DNA from: Psammoneis japonica
Taxonomy: Eukaryota
Length of the DNA: 64,000 bases
Assembly: GCA_008632985.1 (NCBI GenBank)
Contig: QPGO01000114.1
Span: forward strand, 62,001-126,000
Direction: 5' to 3'
Every line of letters starts with the position of its first letter. Position 1 is the first letter of the stretch. Below are positions 48,501 to 59,667 of the stretch, piece by piece. The notes below the pieces were generated by a model that was not told the origin of the DNA, searched no databases, and worked only from the letters and a program-made list of their open reading frames with translations. Position numbers and translations under genes: made by a program.

Positions 48501-50696
48501 CACCACGGGAGCTCAAGCGCAGTCACAGCCACAAAGGAGGCACAACTGCACAGGAAGAATTGGAGGGAGTTGATGCAGCGCAACTGTGTTTTGATCTGAC
48601 TCCAGCAAATCACAACAAATGCTGAGTCTGCTGATGAGGCACACAAGACCAGCCACACAAAAAGGCGCCAATGGGCGCTCTCGAGCTCCCAAAATGTTCA
48701 TTGAGAAAAAGCATGCTGAGCGCAATCACATGACAAACAACCGTTCTTAACGTGCAAACACACTTTGCAACAAATTGTTTTGACCATTGAAACATTTTGC
48801 TGGCCTCCATTCATTGGGAAATGGGAATTGATGAACAACACATGCATGGCTAAAAAGTGCTCAACGAGAGCTTTTGGTCGGTGTCCACACCTGAAAATCA
48901 ACCATTCAAGCCATTTCAAGCTCCGTCAGTGCCTTTTCATGTGGCCAGTCTTGCATGAAGGTTTTGATGTTCCGAGAATGCCAGATGAATTTGAGAAGAC
49001 ATGTGGGCTTCTTGTGCCATTCGCCTGCATCAAAACCCATCGAAAAACTTTGGAGTGAATCACTGTGTTGATGGCGAGATGGCTGCCTCCTGATGGCAGT
49101 GTCCTCCTGCACCCAGAAATTTTGTTTTCAAAGACAGGCATGGTCTGTGATCCCAACTTGATTCAACATGTGTTTCAGAGCACCAAAACCACCAGCTCCT
49201 TCAAGATCTCTGTTGTGGATGCTTTTTGATGTTGGCCTGCTGGCCATTCCTCTTCTTTGTTGGATGCATTTGCAAGTGGTTCTTTTCCATTTTCCATTCC
49301 TTGGACAGTCGGTGGCATTCTGTGTGCAACTGCACTTCCAGGCAGATTGAACAAGAGGCAAGCACTTGAAAGCAAAACAGTGGGGGTGGGCAGTTGCAAA
49401 ATTCTGAACGCTTCACCAAGACCTCCTCTTTGCCCTTTCACCACTCTGGGGCTCACACGTTGTGCTCAACTTGGGTGCAAGGGTGCTTGTCAGCTTGCCC
49501 ACTGGGAGCCTTGGGCAGCTGCAGGTCTGGGCCAAAACAAATGCCAAGATTGGCCTTTGTGAACCTTTGAGCACATCATTGCCAATGAAGCTGCTTTGAG
49601 TGAGTCCGCTGCAATCCAATCATGACTTTGAGACAGCTTGACTGCACACTGATGCTGTCGCAGGACTTGATTGAAGTGTGGCTTCAATCCATTTGCTTTC
49701 AGCACCTGCAGCAATTGCCTGCATTGCAATGAAAAAGAAGATCTCTGTGGAAAACTCCATGTGTTGCACAAAAAAATGATCTCGGACATGCTGAGAATGG
49801 CGCAGTGTCGTCAGCAAAAACTGACACGACAAACATGCAGCCAAGTTGCTGTTGAAACTCTCCATCTCCGTCCCGCAGAGCCACTCTCTCTGCAGCGCCG
49901 GTGGCTCTGGGGAGAGAGAGAGAGAGAGAGAGGCAGACAGATGTTCTGATCTTTGGCAGACCAGAGGGAGAGCATCGTGGAGCCAGCTGGCTTTGCTGCC
50001 AGAGATGCCCTCTAGAGTGGAGAGCAGTGGAGAGCAGCCACTCTCTGCTCCAGAGAGTGGCTCTCTGCCGGCAGCTAGAGAGTTGCTCTAGAGAGTGGCT
50101 CTCGAGCTAGAGAGCAGCTGCTGCTGCTCTCTGCTGCAGCAGAGAGAGTGGACAGTCGAGTGAAGCAGGGCACTGCAGAACAAGCGACGGCGACGCGGCC
50201 GCATGCATGACGCACGCAACGAAAATCTCAAACTGCGCAACGCACGCACGCGACGCATCCATCATCATCAGGAATGCTGCGAATTGCTGGACAATTGCGC
50301 GATTCACGTGCCCGGACAATGATTGTTGCTTCAGGCACGAAATTCGAGCTTCGCGCACATGGAGACCATAGAAAATGTGCCAACGTTCGAGAATGTCCGA
50401 TTTGTGTAGATCACGTGTGACAGCACCACGCAGGTCATTTAAAGAAATTACAACGACGACTCATGCGACTGCAATGAGATTTTAATGCCACAAGCTGTGT
50501 AGAATGGACATCTGCGCGAAGGGAGATTGTTGCTTCGGGCAACGATGTTCGACCTTCGGGCACATGAATCGTGCAATTGTTTGGCAATTCGTGCAGTGGT
50601 GACAACGATGAGAGTCCTTGTCCGAGGAGTCGTCCACACCGCAAACATTTTCATGTCCTTTTCAAGTCCTTTTCACATCATGCTTCTACAAGCAAA

Positions 50697-51830
50697 ATGG
50701 CCAACAAAATGACAGCACGAGACGACGACGAAGATGAGGCCTTGTTCAACATGGATGTCACCATGGCTGTGGTGGCCAAAAAGAGGGGCCCAAAAAAGGA
50801 AAAGAGGAGGAAACAACTCATTGACACAACGCCGACTGTGCATGAGCGAAAAGCAGAAAAGGAAGAACAAAAGGTCTCCAATCAAGCCTTTCGTGATTTT
50901 CTGCAGGGAGCTGTGGTGTGTGGTCTGTGTTTGACTCTCCCCACCTTGTTGGGGTTCACAGCAAGATTTCCCAAATTGCTTCAACAACGACATGCCGGCC
51001 TGGTTCTGGAAGAGCCACAAGATGCACTGGAAGTTGAGAGCTGCCATGCATGCCATTGCAACATGGCGAGTGACTGTCGCACTGTGGCGAGTGGCCATCT
51101 GTGCACAAGCTGGGGACACACAAGTTGGTGCTTGCCAGATTCTGCTTCAGAGGAACAAGAAGACTTGGTTGCACACTCAACACGACTTCTGCCGCATCGG
51201 ATGCCATGCTGGTTTCCATTCTGAGCTTGTCCATGGCGGTCATTTGGATTTTGCTTGTGCACGCTCTCATTCCGCAATGCGGCACTTGGAGAGTTCATCA
51301 AGACTTGAAGCCTTGGTGCGAAGCAAGTTGATGCACTTGCTTTCAAGCTCTTGTTTGCCAACACCCAAGAGCAGTGAGGATGATCAAATGAATCGTGAAT
51401 TTCCTCACGAATCTCTGCCGCCTCTCCCATTTGACGCGAAAGAAGAAAAGAGAAACAAGCCGAATCCAGAACCAGCTTCGGAGTTGGATGATCAAGACTG
51501 GATTGTCTCTCTCAGCCGCAGTGCCAGTCGATCCTCCCTTTTGGCCTTGGGGCATGACCTTGATGACGAAGCGAACAAGGATGATGGTAAAACACAGAGC
51601 GACTCTCACAAACGACATCAAGACAAACCAAAAACTCGTTTGTTTGCTGCGCCACGACATGCCACAGCCATCTTTCGATTGGGGTGCAGCGCTGCTGCAT
51701 GCACATGTGCTTTGCTTTGGTTTCGAAACGCCAGCTTTTGGCCTCCGCACGCAGGGGGAAACATGGGACAATCGACTCGTAATTGTTGGGATTTAAGAGG
51801 GGGCTTTGGCGGTGATGTTGCGGTGCAGAC
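50697..51830 (+). pseudogene. TLC-domain (LAG1/ceramide synthase-like) gene, TpA-converted and truncated
   Basis: PRHATAIFRLGCSAAACTCALLWFRNASFWPPHAGG..STRNCWDL, with H/C at positions where Y is expected; N-terminal TM segments. Confidence 0.55.
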
Positions 51831-52366
51831 TCTTCAGTCGTGATCCGTTTGCATGACAACGGACCAGCAGCAGTTGGGCGAATGCAGCAGTTGTTCCCGC
51901 CGGTGGAAAACAATGTGTCAAGCATGAAACAAGAAACGCAGCACCAGCACAAAATGTTTGCGGTCAAGAACTCAGAACAAGAGGCAGAATCCTCGGCTGA
52001 AGAAGAAGAAGACCAGGTCTTCAGATGAAGAGCTCTTTCAATTGAAGCACCCTCATCAAAAGAGCAAGACTGAGTCGACTGGAGCAATCCTGAAGCAGCA
52101 ACAACGACACTCCTCCAACTCCACAGGCACCCTTCTGGCTCCGACAACGATGAACTCATCTTTCTTCTGATGCCCGCAGCAATGATGATGTGTCCGCTTT
52201 CCAGTCGAGATGACTGTGCCGCTGCGCAAAGGTCACTCAATGCAAGCAAGCTCCGCCCATTGTGAGTCACAGTCCTTCCACACGTGTTCGTGTGCACTGT
52301 GCTCATGAAGCTGCGGCTGCTCGACACTGCAGCAGGAATCGGGTGAATGCCAAAAGCATTGGTTGT

Positions 52367-52490
52367 TCAATCCATCAACCCCACAATGGCGTCAAGGATT
52401 TTGTCGCGAGTTTTGTTGCTCTTGTTGCGCTCAAAGGGTGTCTCACCCAAGACGAGTTCCAAGGTGAGCACGCCAAGCGACTGCAAATTC
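52367..52490 (-). pseudogene. Ser/Thr protein kinase fragment (subdomains IX-X)
   Basis: LQSLGVLTLELVLGETPF...TRDKIL resembles DxWSLGVLxYELxxGxxPF. Confidence 0.5.
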
Positions 52491-52879
52491 CTTGCAGTGA
52501 GCATTTGGAGACTTGTTGGTGGTGCTCGACATCGCATTCCAAGACGAGATGGAGGTGGGTCGAATCCTGAAAGCAGCCACAACAATCCAGAATGAGCGGA
52601 TGATTGAGACTGCATGTTCAACACAGCAGCAGAAGAGGGGGGTGGGGGGCATGACAGGAGTGAGGAAGAAGGCATTCTGCAACTACACTGCCCTCCACAA
52701 TGGCTCCGGGACAAACACCAAGTTTCGCAGTTTCGTGACGACGGTGACAACGACACTCACCGACAATGAATTTCCATTTCCTGCGTGGAATTGCGGGTCA
52801 TTTATGAGCAGCTTTTGTTTGCAGAGTTGCTCAATGGCAACCGCTTGGTGCGTTGGAGATCGTGCCGCAAGTGTGGACT

Positions 52880-53410
52880 TCCCCTTGCCACGGAAACTGA
52901 GCCGAGCAGGAATCAGAGGACCCCTTTTTGGTCAAGCTGACTTCATCACACCCAAAGGATGCAATGATCACTTGGGTGTGCTTGCCGTGTCTTGCTTTGG
53001 TTGTGAAGAACCAGCTGCAATGCACAAAGCCGAGAATGACGATTGTTCCAAACTCATGTGTCAAACCGTTTTGTTGGAGTCTTTGCGGAACACTTGCACC
53101 GACAGATGCATGTCGATTTGTGGGGCAATGCCAAGGACAAAAAGCTCGACGAGGCGGACTTGTTGAAGATCACACACGATGGGATTCGTCCTGCTCCAGG
53201 ACGCCAGTCACAACAGGATCACATGGAAAACACAACAATGTGGAGCACGATCAAGGCGAAGGAGTTGGCGGGCATTGAATTGAGCGAATCTCTCAGCACA
53301 GTGCAAGCAAGTCCTGTGTCGGCCTTGGCATTTGCCCACCCTGAATCTCAGTGCTTTGCGGTGGGACAGGTTTTGGCAAGGATCAAGTCGAAAGCCACTC
53401 AAAGAGGAAG
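52880..53410 (+). pseudogene. METH: B12-dependent methionine synthase, C-terminal activation domain fragment, TpA-converted
   Basis: ADFITPKG.NDHLG..AVSCFG, NDDCSKLM, FAEHLHRQM..DLWG, HDGIRPAPG..SQQDH, GIELSES..SPVSAL.FAHPESQCFAVG, KDQVE match MetH motifs, with Y>C/H. Confidence 0.85.
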
Positions 53411-53499
53411 GGTCTTGAGCTCGGCGTTGCCGAAAGATGGCTGTCTCCAGCATTGAACTGCCGGGTGCGAACGTGCTGCAGTGGACCATGCAGAAAATG

Positions 53500-54971
53500 G
53501 ACTTGTGAGCACATTCTTTGAACTCTTCATCCACTTGACACTGTCCAAGGAAACGCCAGAATGCACTTTCCAAAAATGCGAACCATGCGAACATTGTGTT
53601 CGTGAATCGGGCAAAGCGTGAAAGCATGGCAGCTGCCAATTTGGCACTCATCTTTGGGAGCCAGAATGGTCTTCAAAGAACAATGGGAATGCTCGCAGAC
53701 TTTCCTGCGTGCAATTTGCAACAGAGATTGGTTCCCTCAATGCACTCCTCTTGATTGATGTCTTCGGCATCGCCATCGTCATGTTCAACGACACCACCAC
53801 AAGAAACTTTTTTGAAGCACTTGGAAAATGGGACATTCGCCATGGGTTTCTCAGCTGTGTCTTTGGCTGGCATCTTGCCACCACCATTCTCGGAACCATC
53901 AGGAGCAGAGAGCAAAGTCTCCGTCTTCGCCGAGTCGGGTTTGTGAATCGGGTTTTTGGCCAGCATCTTGCCACGGCCATTCTCGGAAACGTCAGGAGTG
54001 GAGAGCAAAGTCTCCATCTTCACCAAGTCGGATTTCTGAATCAGGTTTTTGGCTGGCATCTTGCCACCGCCATTGTCGGAACCATCAGGAGCAGAGAGTG
54101 AAGTCTCCGTCTTCGCCGAGCCGGGTTTCTAAGTCGGGTTTTTGGCTGGCATCTTGCCACCGCCATTCTTGGAAACGTCAGGAGCAGAGAGCAAAGTCCC
54201 CATCTTCACCGAGTCAGATTTCTGAATCGGGTTTTTGGCTGGCATCTTGCCACCGCCATTCTTGGAACCGTCAGGAGCAGAGAGCAAAGTCCCCGTCTTT
54301 GCCATGGGTCTCTCATCCGTGTCTTTGGCTGACATCTTGCCACCACCATTCTCGGAACCACCAGGAGCAGAGAGCAAAGTCTCCGTCTTTGCCATGGGTT
54401 TCTCATCCGTGTTTTTGGCTGACATCTTGCCACTGCCATTCTCGGAACCGTCAGGAGCAGAGAGCAAAGTCTCTGTCTTCGCCGAGTCGGGTTTTTGATT
54501 CGGGTCTTTGGCTGGAGTCTCGCCACCGCCGTTCTCGGAACCGGCAGGAGCAGAGAGCAAAGTCTCCGTCTTCGCCATGGGTTTCTCATCCGTGTCTTTG
54601 GCTGGCATCTTGCCGCCGCCATTCTCGGAACCGTCAGGAGTGGACAGCAAAGTCTCCGTCTTCGCCATGGGTTTCTCATCCGTGTCTTTGGCTGACATCT
54701 TGCCACTGCCATTCTCGGAACCGTCAGGAGCAGACAGCAAAGTCTCCGTCTTTGCCGAGTCGGGTTTCTGATTCGGGTCTTTGGCTGGAGTCTCGCCACC
54801 GCCATTCTTGGGACTGTCAGGACTGGAGAGCAGTCCACACTCACTCGGGCTTGGAGGAGGAGAAGGAAAAGTCACCGTCTTCATCAAATCGTGAGCTCCA
54901 TTCAGCAATGCTTCCGACGACGTGTCCTTCGCACGCTTTGATGCATCAGGGTTTCGATTTTCACTGCCCAA
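53500..54971 (-). pseudogene. Repeat-rich protein with a C-terminal Tudor-like 'V.YDDGD.ED' motif, converted and frameshifted
   Basis: KCFKKVSCGGVVEHDDGDAEDINQEEC follows a tandem peptide repeat. Confidence 0.5.
53840..54825 (-). repeat. Coding minisatellite, ~11 units of 90/93 bp
   Basis: AKTETLLSAPDGSENGGGKMPAKD(TDEKPM/PNQKPDS) repeated; two unit types interspersed. Confidence 0.92.
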
Positions 54972-55848
54972 TGCAGGACCTTTCTTGGCTTCAGAGAGGC
55001 CCTGTCTGCCTCCATCCGGTCCACGCAGTGGAGAGAGGTGAAAAAAAGCAATGAACGAGTTAGGAAGATGGTGCGGAAAGAAAAGGAGTGGAGGTTGTTT
55101 GACTCACGATGGGATGAACAGACGATTTTTCGACATGATCTTCGGATCCGGTCTGCATTGCATGGAGACGAGAATGCAAGCATTGAAAGAATGAGAAACA
55201 TGGCACAAAGAGAAAAGGAGTGGACGTGATTTTTGTTGAAAAGTCCGTCACTCACGATGGGATGGATTCACGAATTTCCGTCGAGACCGGCGCCTTGTTG
55301 TTTTCTTCGTGTGAAAGCTTCATTGCAGTGAGATGCAGTCTCTTGTGCAATGGGGTGCACAAAGATGTCGGAGGTTGGCAGCAATGTCAACAGCAACAGA
55401 GACAAACAGACTTGTCAAAGTCGTTCTCTTGATATTGTGGCAAAAGTTCGTTGGTGATTTTGAAAAAGCGACTTGTTTTCGGCTGAATGAATCGACGAGT
55501 CTGGGTTGCAGTGGTCGTGTTCTGTCTGCGACCAAATGGCGTTGAATCATGACTGTCGTGACCCAACAAGAGTTCTTGCAAACAGGCATGGAAAATGTTG
55601 CAACATGCACTGAAGCCTGCGCAATGGAAAGGAAAATTGTGACCTGCTTTTTGAGGAGTCGAGGCGCATTGCGTCAATCAGAGGTCCGGAATGTGACCGA
55701 CTGAGACGACGTGTTGAAATGCTGCGAAGAGGGAATGACGAGGAAGAACTCAGTCGGTTGGCAGTTGAGTTGATGGGCTTGTCACATGAATCCGGAGTCC
55801 CCTGCGCCAGAGTGCATGATTCCTTGAACTTCGTAAGACGAGTTCACA

Positions 55849-56238
55849 GTGAGTGGTGACAACGATGTCCCCACAGCTCACCCCGAAGTCATTGATCTCA
55901 CGGGAACCGACAACGAAGTCATTGATCTCACCGAAGCCGACAACGACGTTGTTGATCTCACTGAAAGCGATGACCAAGAGGACAAAAGAGAACAAGAAGC
56001 GACGGAAACCAGACAAATGACGTTGGTTCTCTCCGCTGGAGTGTTTGTTGTGATCTGTGCCAACTTTCATTGTGGATGGTTTTTGTTGCGTGGAGTGGCG
56101 GTTTCATGTCCTTTTTGCCATGCAAAGTGGGCTCTCTTGCGCTCCAATGTCATTGCGCATTCCGTGGCGTCTAGCGGCAACTGTTGGGACCGGGGTTTCA
56201 TGCCGGCATTGCAGCCGACCACCCGAGTCCAAAATTGA
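55849..56238 (+). pseudogene. Fragment with three tandem SIM-like motifs and a Cys cluster
   Basis: EVIDLTG, EVIDLTE, DVVDLTE (30-bp period), then CANFHC..CPFC. Confidence 0.4.
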
Positions 56239-56699
56239 TTGACACGAGTGTTTGTCGTTTGTCGTTCCGCCCGGATCTCTGGGGCCACTGCCAGTTTGAA
56301 CACCTTGGCCGGGACACAAACATCTCTGTGGGATCCAGGCCATTGTGGAGAGATCTGAGCAGTGGCCACAGCTAACATCAGCTGTTGCAGATCATCAGCG
56401 ATGAGGTCGAGAGTTCAAGTCATTGGAATCGGCGGCCACTGCATCCCCGTCGATCCACGTTGTCACCGTCGCACTCAATCATTTGATCCAGTGGGTCAAT
56501 GGTCCACTCTCAGTCTGACTCAATGCCTTCACTGTCACGGACCGGATTGACAAATTCACCTTCCTCTGTCCCTTTGCCTGATCTCTGACCTGCGCTGCTC
56601 TCGTCAGACAAGGACCCGCCTTCAACCGGTGGACGACCTTTTTCTTTTCCACCAAAACTAAAAAAATGTTGCTTCCGTGAAATGAAAGTTCAATGAAAA

Positions 56700-58560
56700 G
56701 TGCTTGCGAGGACATCACTGTTGGACAAGGGGCATTCGATGCCTTCGTGGTGGTGATTCAAGACGCACCTTTTTCGTTTTCGACCAACGTGCTCCTGGGT
56801 TTTGCCCGTCTGCTGATGAGCGGTCGCTGCGGCGAAGTTGTCGAACCACCAGCAGCGTTGCAACTGCCACGACAGACAAGACTGTCGCTGCAACATGCAG
56901 CGCCCAATTGATGTTGCCCTTTCCACCACCTTTGCTGCAGACCGGCGCTGTGAAGGAATCAACATCTTTGGAAAGCTCTTGAATGCATGAGCCACACTGT
57001 TCTTTCAGGGGCAGCTCAACCACCATTTTTTGATGTGTTGAAAGTGTCGATCGTTTCTCCCTGGACTCTGATCTTGACATGCAGAGCTGCTTGGGACAGG
57101 TGTCAGAACAATGAGCGCACAATGCCGTCACTTTCACTGTCTGGCTCGTGCAGAAACTGCGAAACGACAAGAACGTCGTGAATGACGTGCACCTCCACTG
57201 GCAACTGCCGGTTCAAGACGGTCTTGGCAGCATGGTCAAAAGCTGCCTTGTCGGTTGAATCAGTCAGCTTCGTAAGAACATCCGCAAAGAGGAGTGTCAA
57301 GTCCACAGATGCCTCATGAAATTCTGCGGAGTTGGCTTTGGTTGGGCTGGGAATGCTTTGCTTGGGATGGAGCGGGTGTCAAGGGGGCTGTTGAAATTGT
57401 TGTTTGGTGGGTGAAGACGGGTGCAGGCTGGGAGCCGCAGATGGATTCGACAAACAGCCTTCCTCACTGGCGCTCGGTGCTGAAGAAACAGTCTCAACTC
57501 CAGAAGGTGCGTTTGAAGAACCCGCAGTGTGCATGATGCTGACGGTTGGTCAAGGGTTGGCAGATGGAAAAGCGCTTGGTGAAAGCTCATCGTCGGAGAA
57601 GCGCTGAATGATGGAACACCACTGGGTGCCGGGCCGCTCGATGGAGCTTGTGTTGCGACATGGTTGCCTGCCCATGGCATCCATTTCGTCGACCCAATTG
57701 CACTGGAGGGCGCCACACATGTGAGACACTGGCCATTGGCTTTGCTTTTTCTCCCAAAAATGGGCCCGCAATGTCCAACAGGACAAGCAATGCCCTCACA
57801 CCCACAGCGATTCGGTTGGAGCCCAATGATGCTGAGCACAGCACACAATGCCGGTGGAACTTCACCCACGAGACCAACGCCCAAGACTCGGAGAACTTCC
57901 AACGGAAATGCACCGAAGCATTGAGGAATCTCGCCATCAATGGATGTGTTTCCCGAAATGTCAAATGCAAGGAGCTTCGTTGGTTCAGGAATGAGAGAAC
58001 GTCGGGAATTGAACCAGAGAAGTTGCTTGCTGCCGATTCCAGATGAGCTCTTGCTCCCAGGATGAGGTCGGAAGGACCCCTGAAAGCCTCTTGTTGGAAA
58101 GATCAACGCTGGCAACAAAACCGTTTGCATCATGGACAACACCTGCGAAATCACAGCAATTGTCAATGGCGGGCCATTTGTGAAAGCTCTTGGACTGGTG
58201 ACACCCCACATTGTCAGAGTTGCAAAGGGCGTTTGGGGCCTCAATTTGGTCGAGTTCCTCGGGAGCCCAGGTTGCAGTCGTCGTGGGTGCCAGAAGACTC
58301 TGTGCTGCGCTCGGCATCAGAGCTTGCGGGAGTGGCGGCAGCTCGCACACATCACCTTCGCAGTGGACTGCAAGCAAGCCGGCCTCAACCTTGGTCAAAT
58401 TGGCGTCAACCAAGGGGTCAGCAGGCGATGCAATTGGGGCATGTTCCGAAAATGTGCCATGCCGACATCCAGTGGGATCATCCATCCATTCTGTTGTCTG
58501 TGGCTTCGTGAAGCGCAGATCCGCCTTTTCCATGTCTCAAGAGAATTCCCACACCTTTGA
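56700..58560 (-). pseudogene. LRR receptor-like gene, TpA-converted
   Basis: CCDFAGVV..VASVDLSNKRLSGVLP, FDISGNTSIDGEIP, LVGEVPPALC, CGCEGIACPVGHC..FGR, Pro/Ser/Thr stalk; frameshifted. Confidence 0.72.
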
Positions 58561-58770
58561 TTGCACCAGGCCTGCCGAGTGTCAGGGCATTTCAGCTTGA
58601 GTGCATTCAGTCTGGTGCTTCTAATCCGGGTCTGACTGCAAGTGCTTCTGCCGCTGTGTTGAATGTGTGCGTTGGAGGGAGTTTTTCCAAATCAAACTCA
58701 CGCAGAAGTCTGCGTCTTTTTCGCACTGCATGCACTGACCAGTCGAATCATCATTCAGCAAACCATCAAA

Positions 58771-58890
58771 ATGGGTTCAATCGCTGAGAGCCTGTTGACT
58801 GCTGCATCGTTCTTCCGCCTGAGTGAACGAGGCGCAGATGTCATCAGTGAAGTCCGTGCGGGCACTGCTTCCTTTCTGATGCTGAGCTGT
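58771..58890 (+). pseudogene. AzgA/NCS2 purine permease N-terminal fragment
   Basis: FFRLSERGADVISEVRAGTASFLMLSC matches the family start FFKL.E.G....TE.RAG..TFLTM.Y (terminal Y>C). Confidence 0.7.
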
Positions 58891-59400
58891 CGGCCCTGTT
58901 GCTGGTGTGCCTGCGGATTGTGGCTGAAGCTGGTGCTCCGGGAATTGGTCTCAGCGCTTTTCTGGCTTGTGGACTGGTCCAAACCGACGACTTTGCACTT
59001 GAACAGGCACATGAAATTTGTCCCAGAAGCGATCAAGCACGCAAGCGTTGTTGACATGACTGGTGTTGCAGCAACGCCTCGAACGACTCTAGCCGTGTGC
59101 AGCATGAAATCGAAGATGACAACATTGGCGATGAGGAACTTTGCGACTTTGACGGCCACAACGATGCCTGGGCTGTGCCGAAGAAGGACGGCAAGTCGAG
59201 CAAAGACGACAATGGGGTGAGCAAGTCAGCTGCTGTGACCATCAGACACGACGAAGAGAGCAACGCAAATGCTTGGGAAATCAAGAGAAAACAGTTCAAG
59301 CCAGGCTACGATCATTCCCCGAAGCCGGATGATGTGACCCCGGACTCTCCTGCTGCCCGTTTCGCTGCTTTGGTCGGCACTCCATGGGGCCAGCGACGCA

Positions 59401-59667
59401 TTGACATCAGATCGAGAAATTGCATTGAAAAGCATCAAGTGGGATTGGCAATCACTCAAGCATTCCCCAGATCAATTCAAGAGTGACCCGGAGATCATTG
59501 CAGACGCTGTCAAACAGGACAAATTCAGGTTTGTGGATGACTCCTGGAAGACGAACCGACTCATTGTGCTAGAAGCAGTGAAACGGCATTGGAGATTTAC
59601 TTCACAGCGCTTCGCATCCACTGAGGGCTGACCACGAGATTGTCTTGGAGGCAGTCAAATTGAACGG
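59401..59667 (+). pseudogene. DUF4116 fragment, paralogous to 221-486
   Basis: Clear nucleotide alignment (ccccagatcaattcaagagtgacc, ggatgactcctggaag, ctgagggctgaccacgagattgtcttggaggcagtcaaattgaacgg) with a 1-bp frameshift near 59590. Confidence 0.9.

Noticed and set aside
53828..55054. 408-aa plus-strand ORF as a gene
   Set aside because: It is the antisense reading of the stop-free minus-strand coding minisatellite.
32500..59300. Dense overlapping Cys/His/Trp/Gln-rich ORFs in all six frames as novel small or metal-binding proteins
   Set aside because: Loss of TA removes TAA/TAG stops and turns Tyr into Cys/His, which generates such ORFs artefactually.
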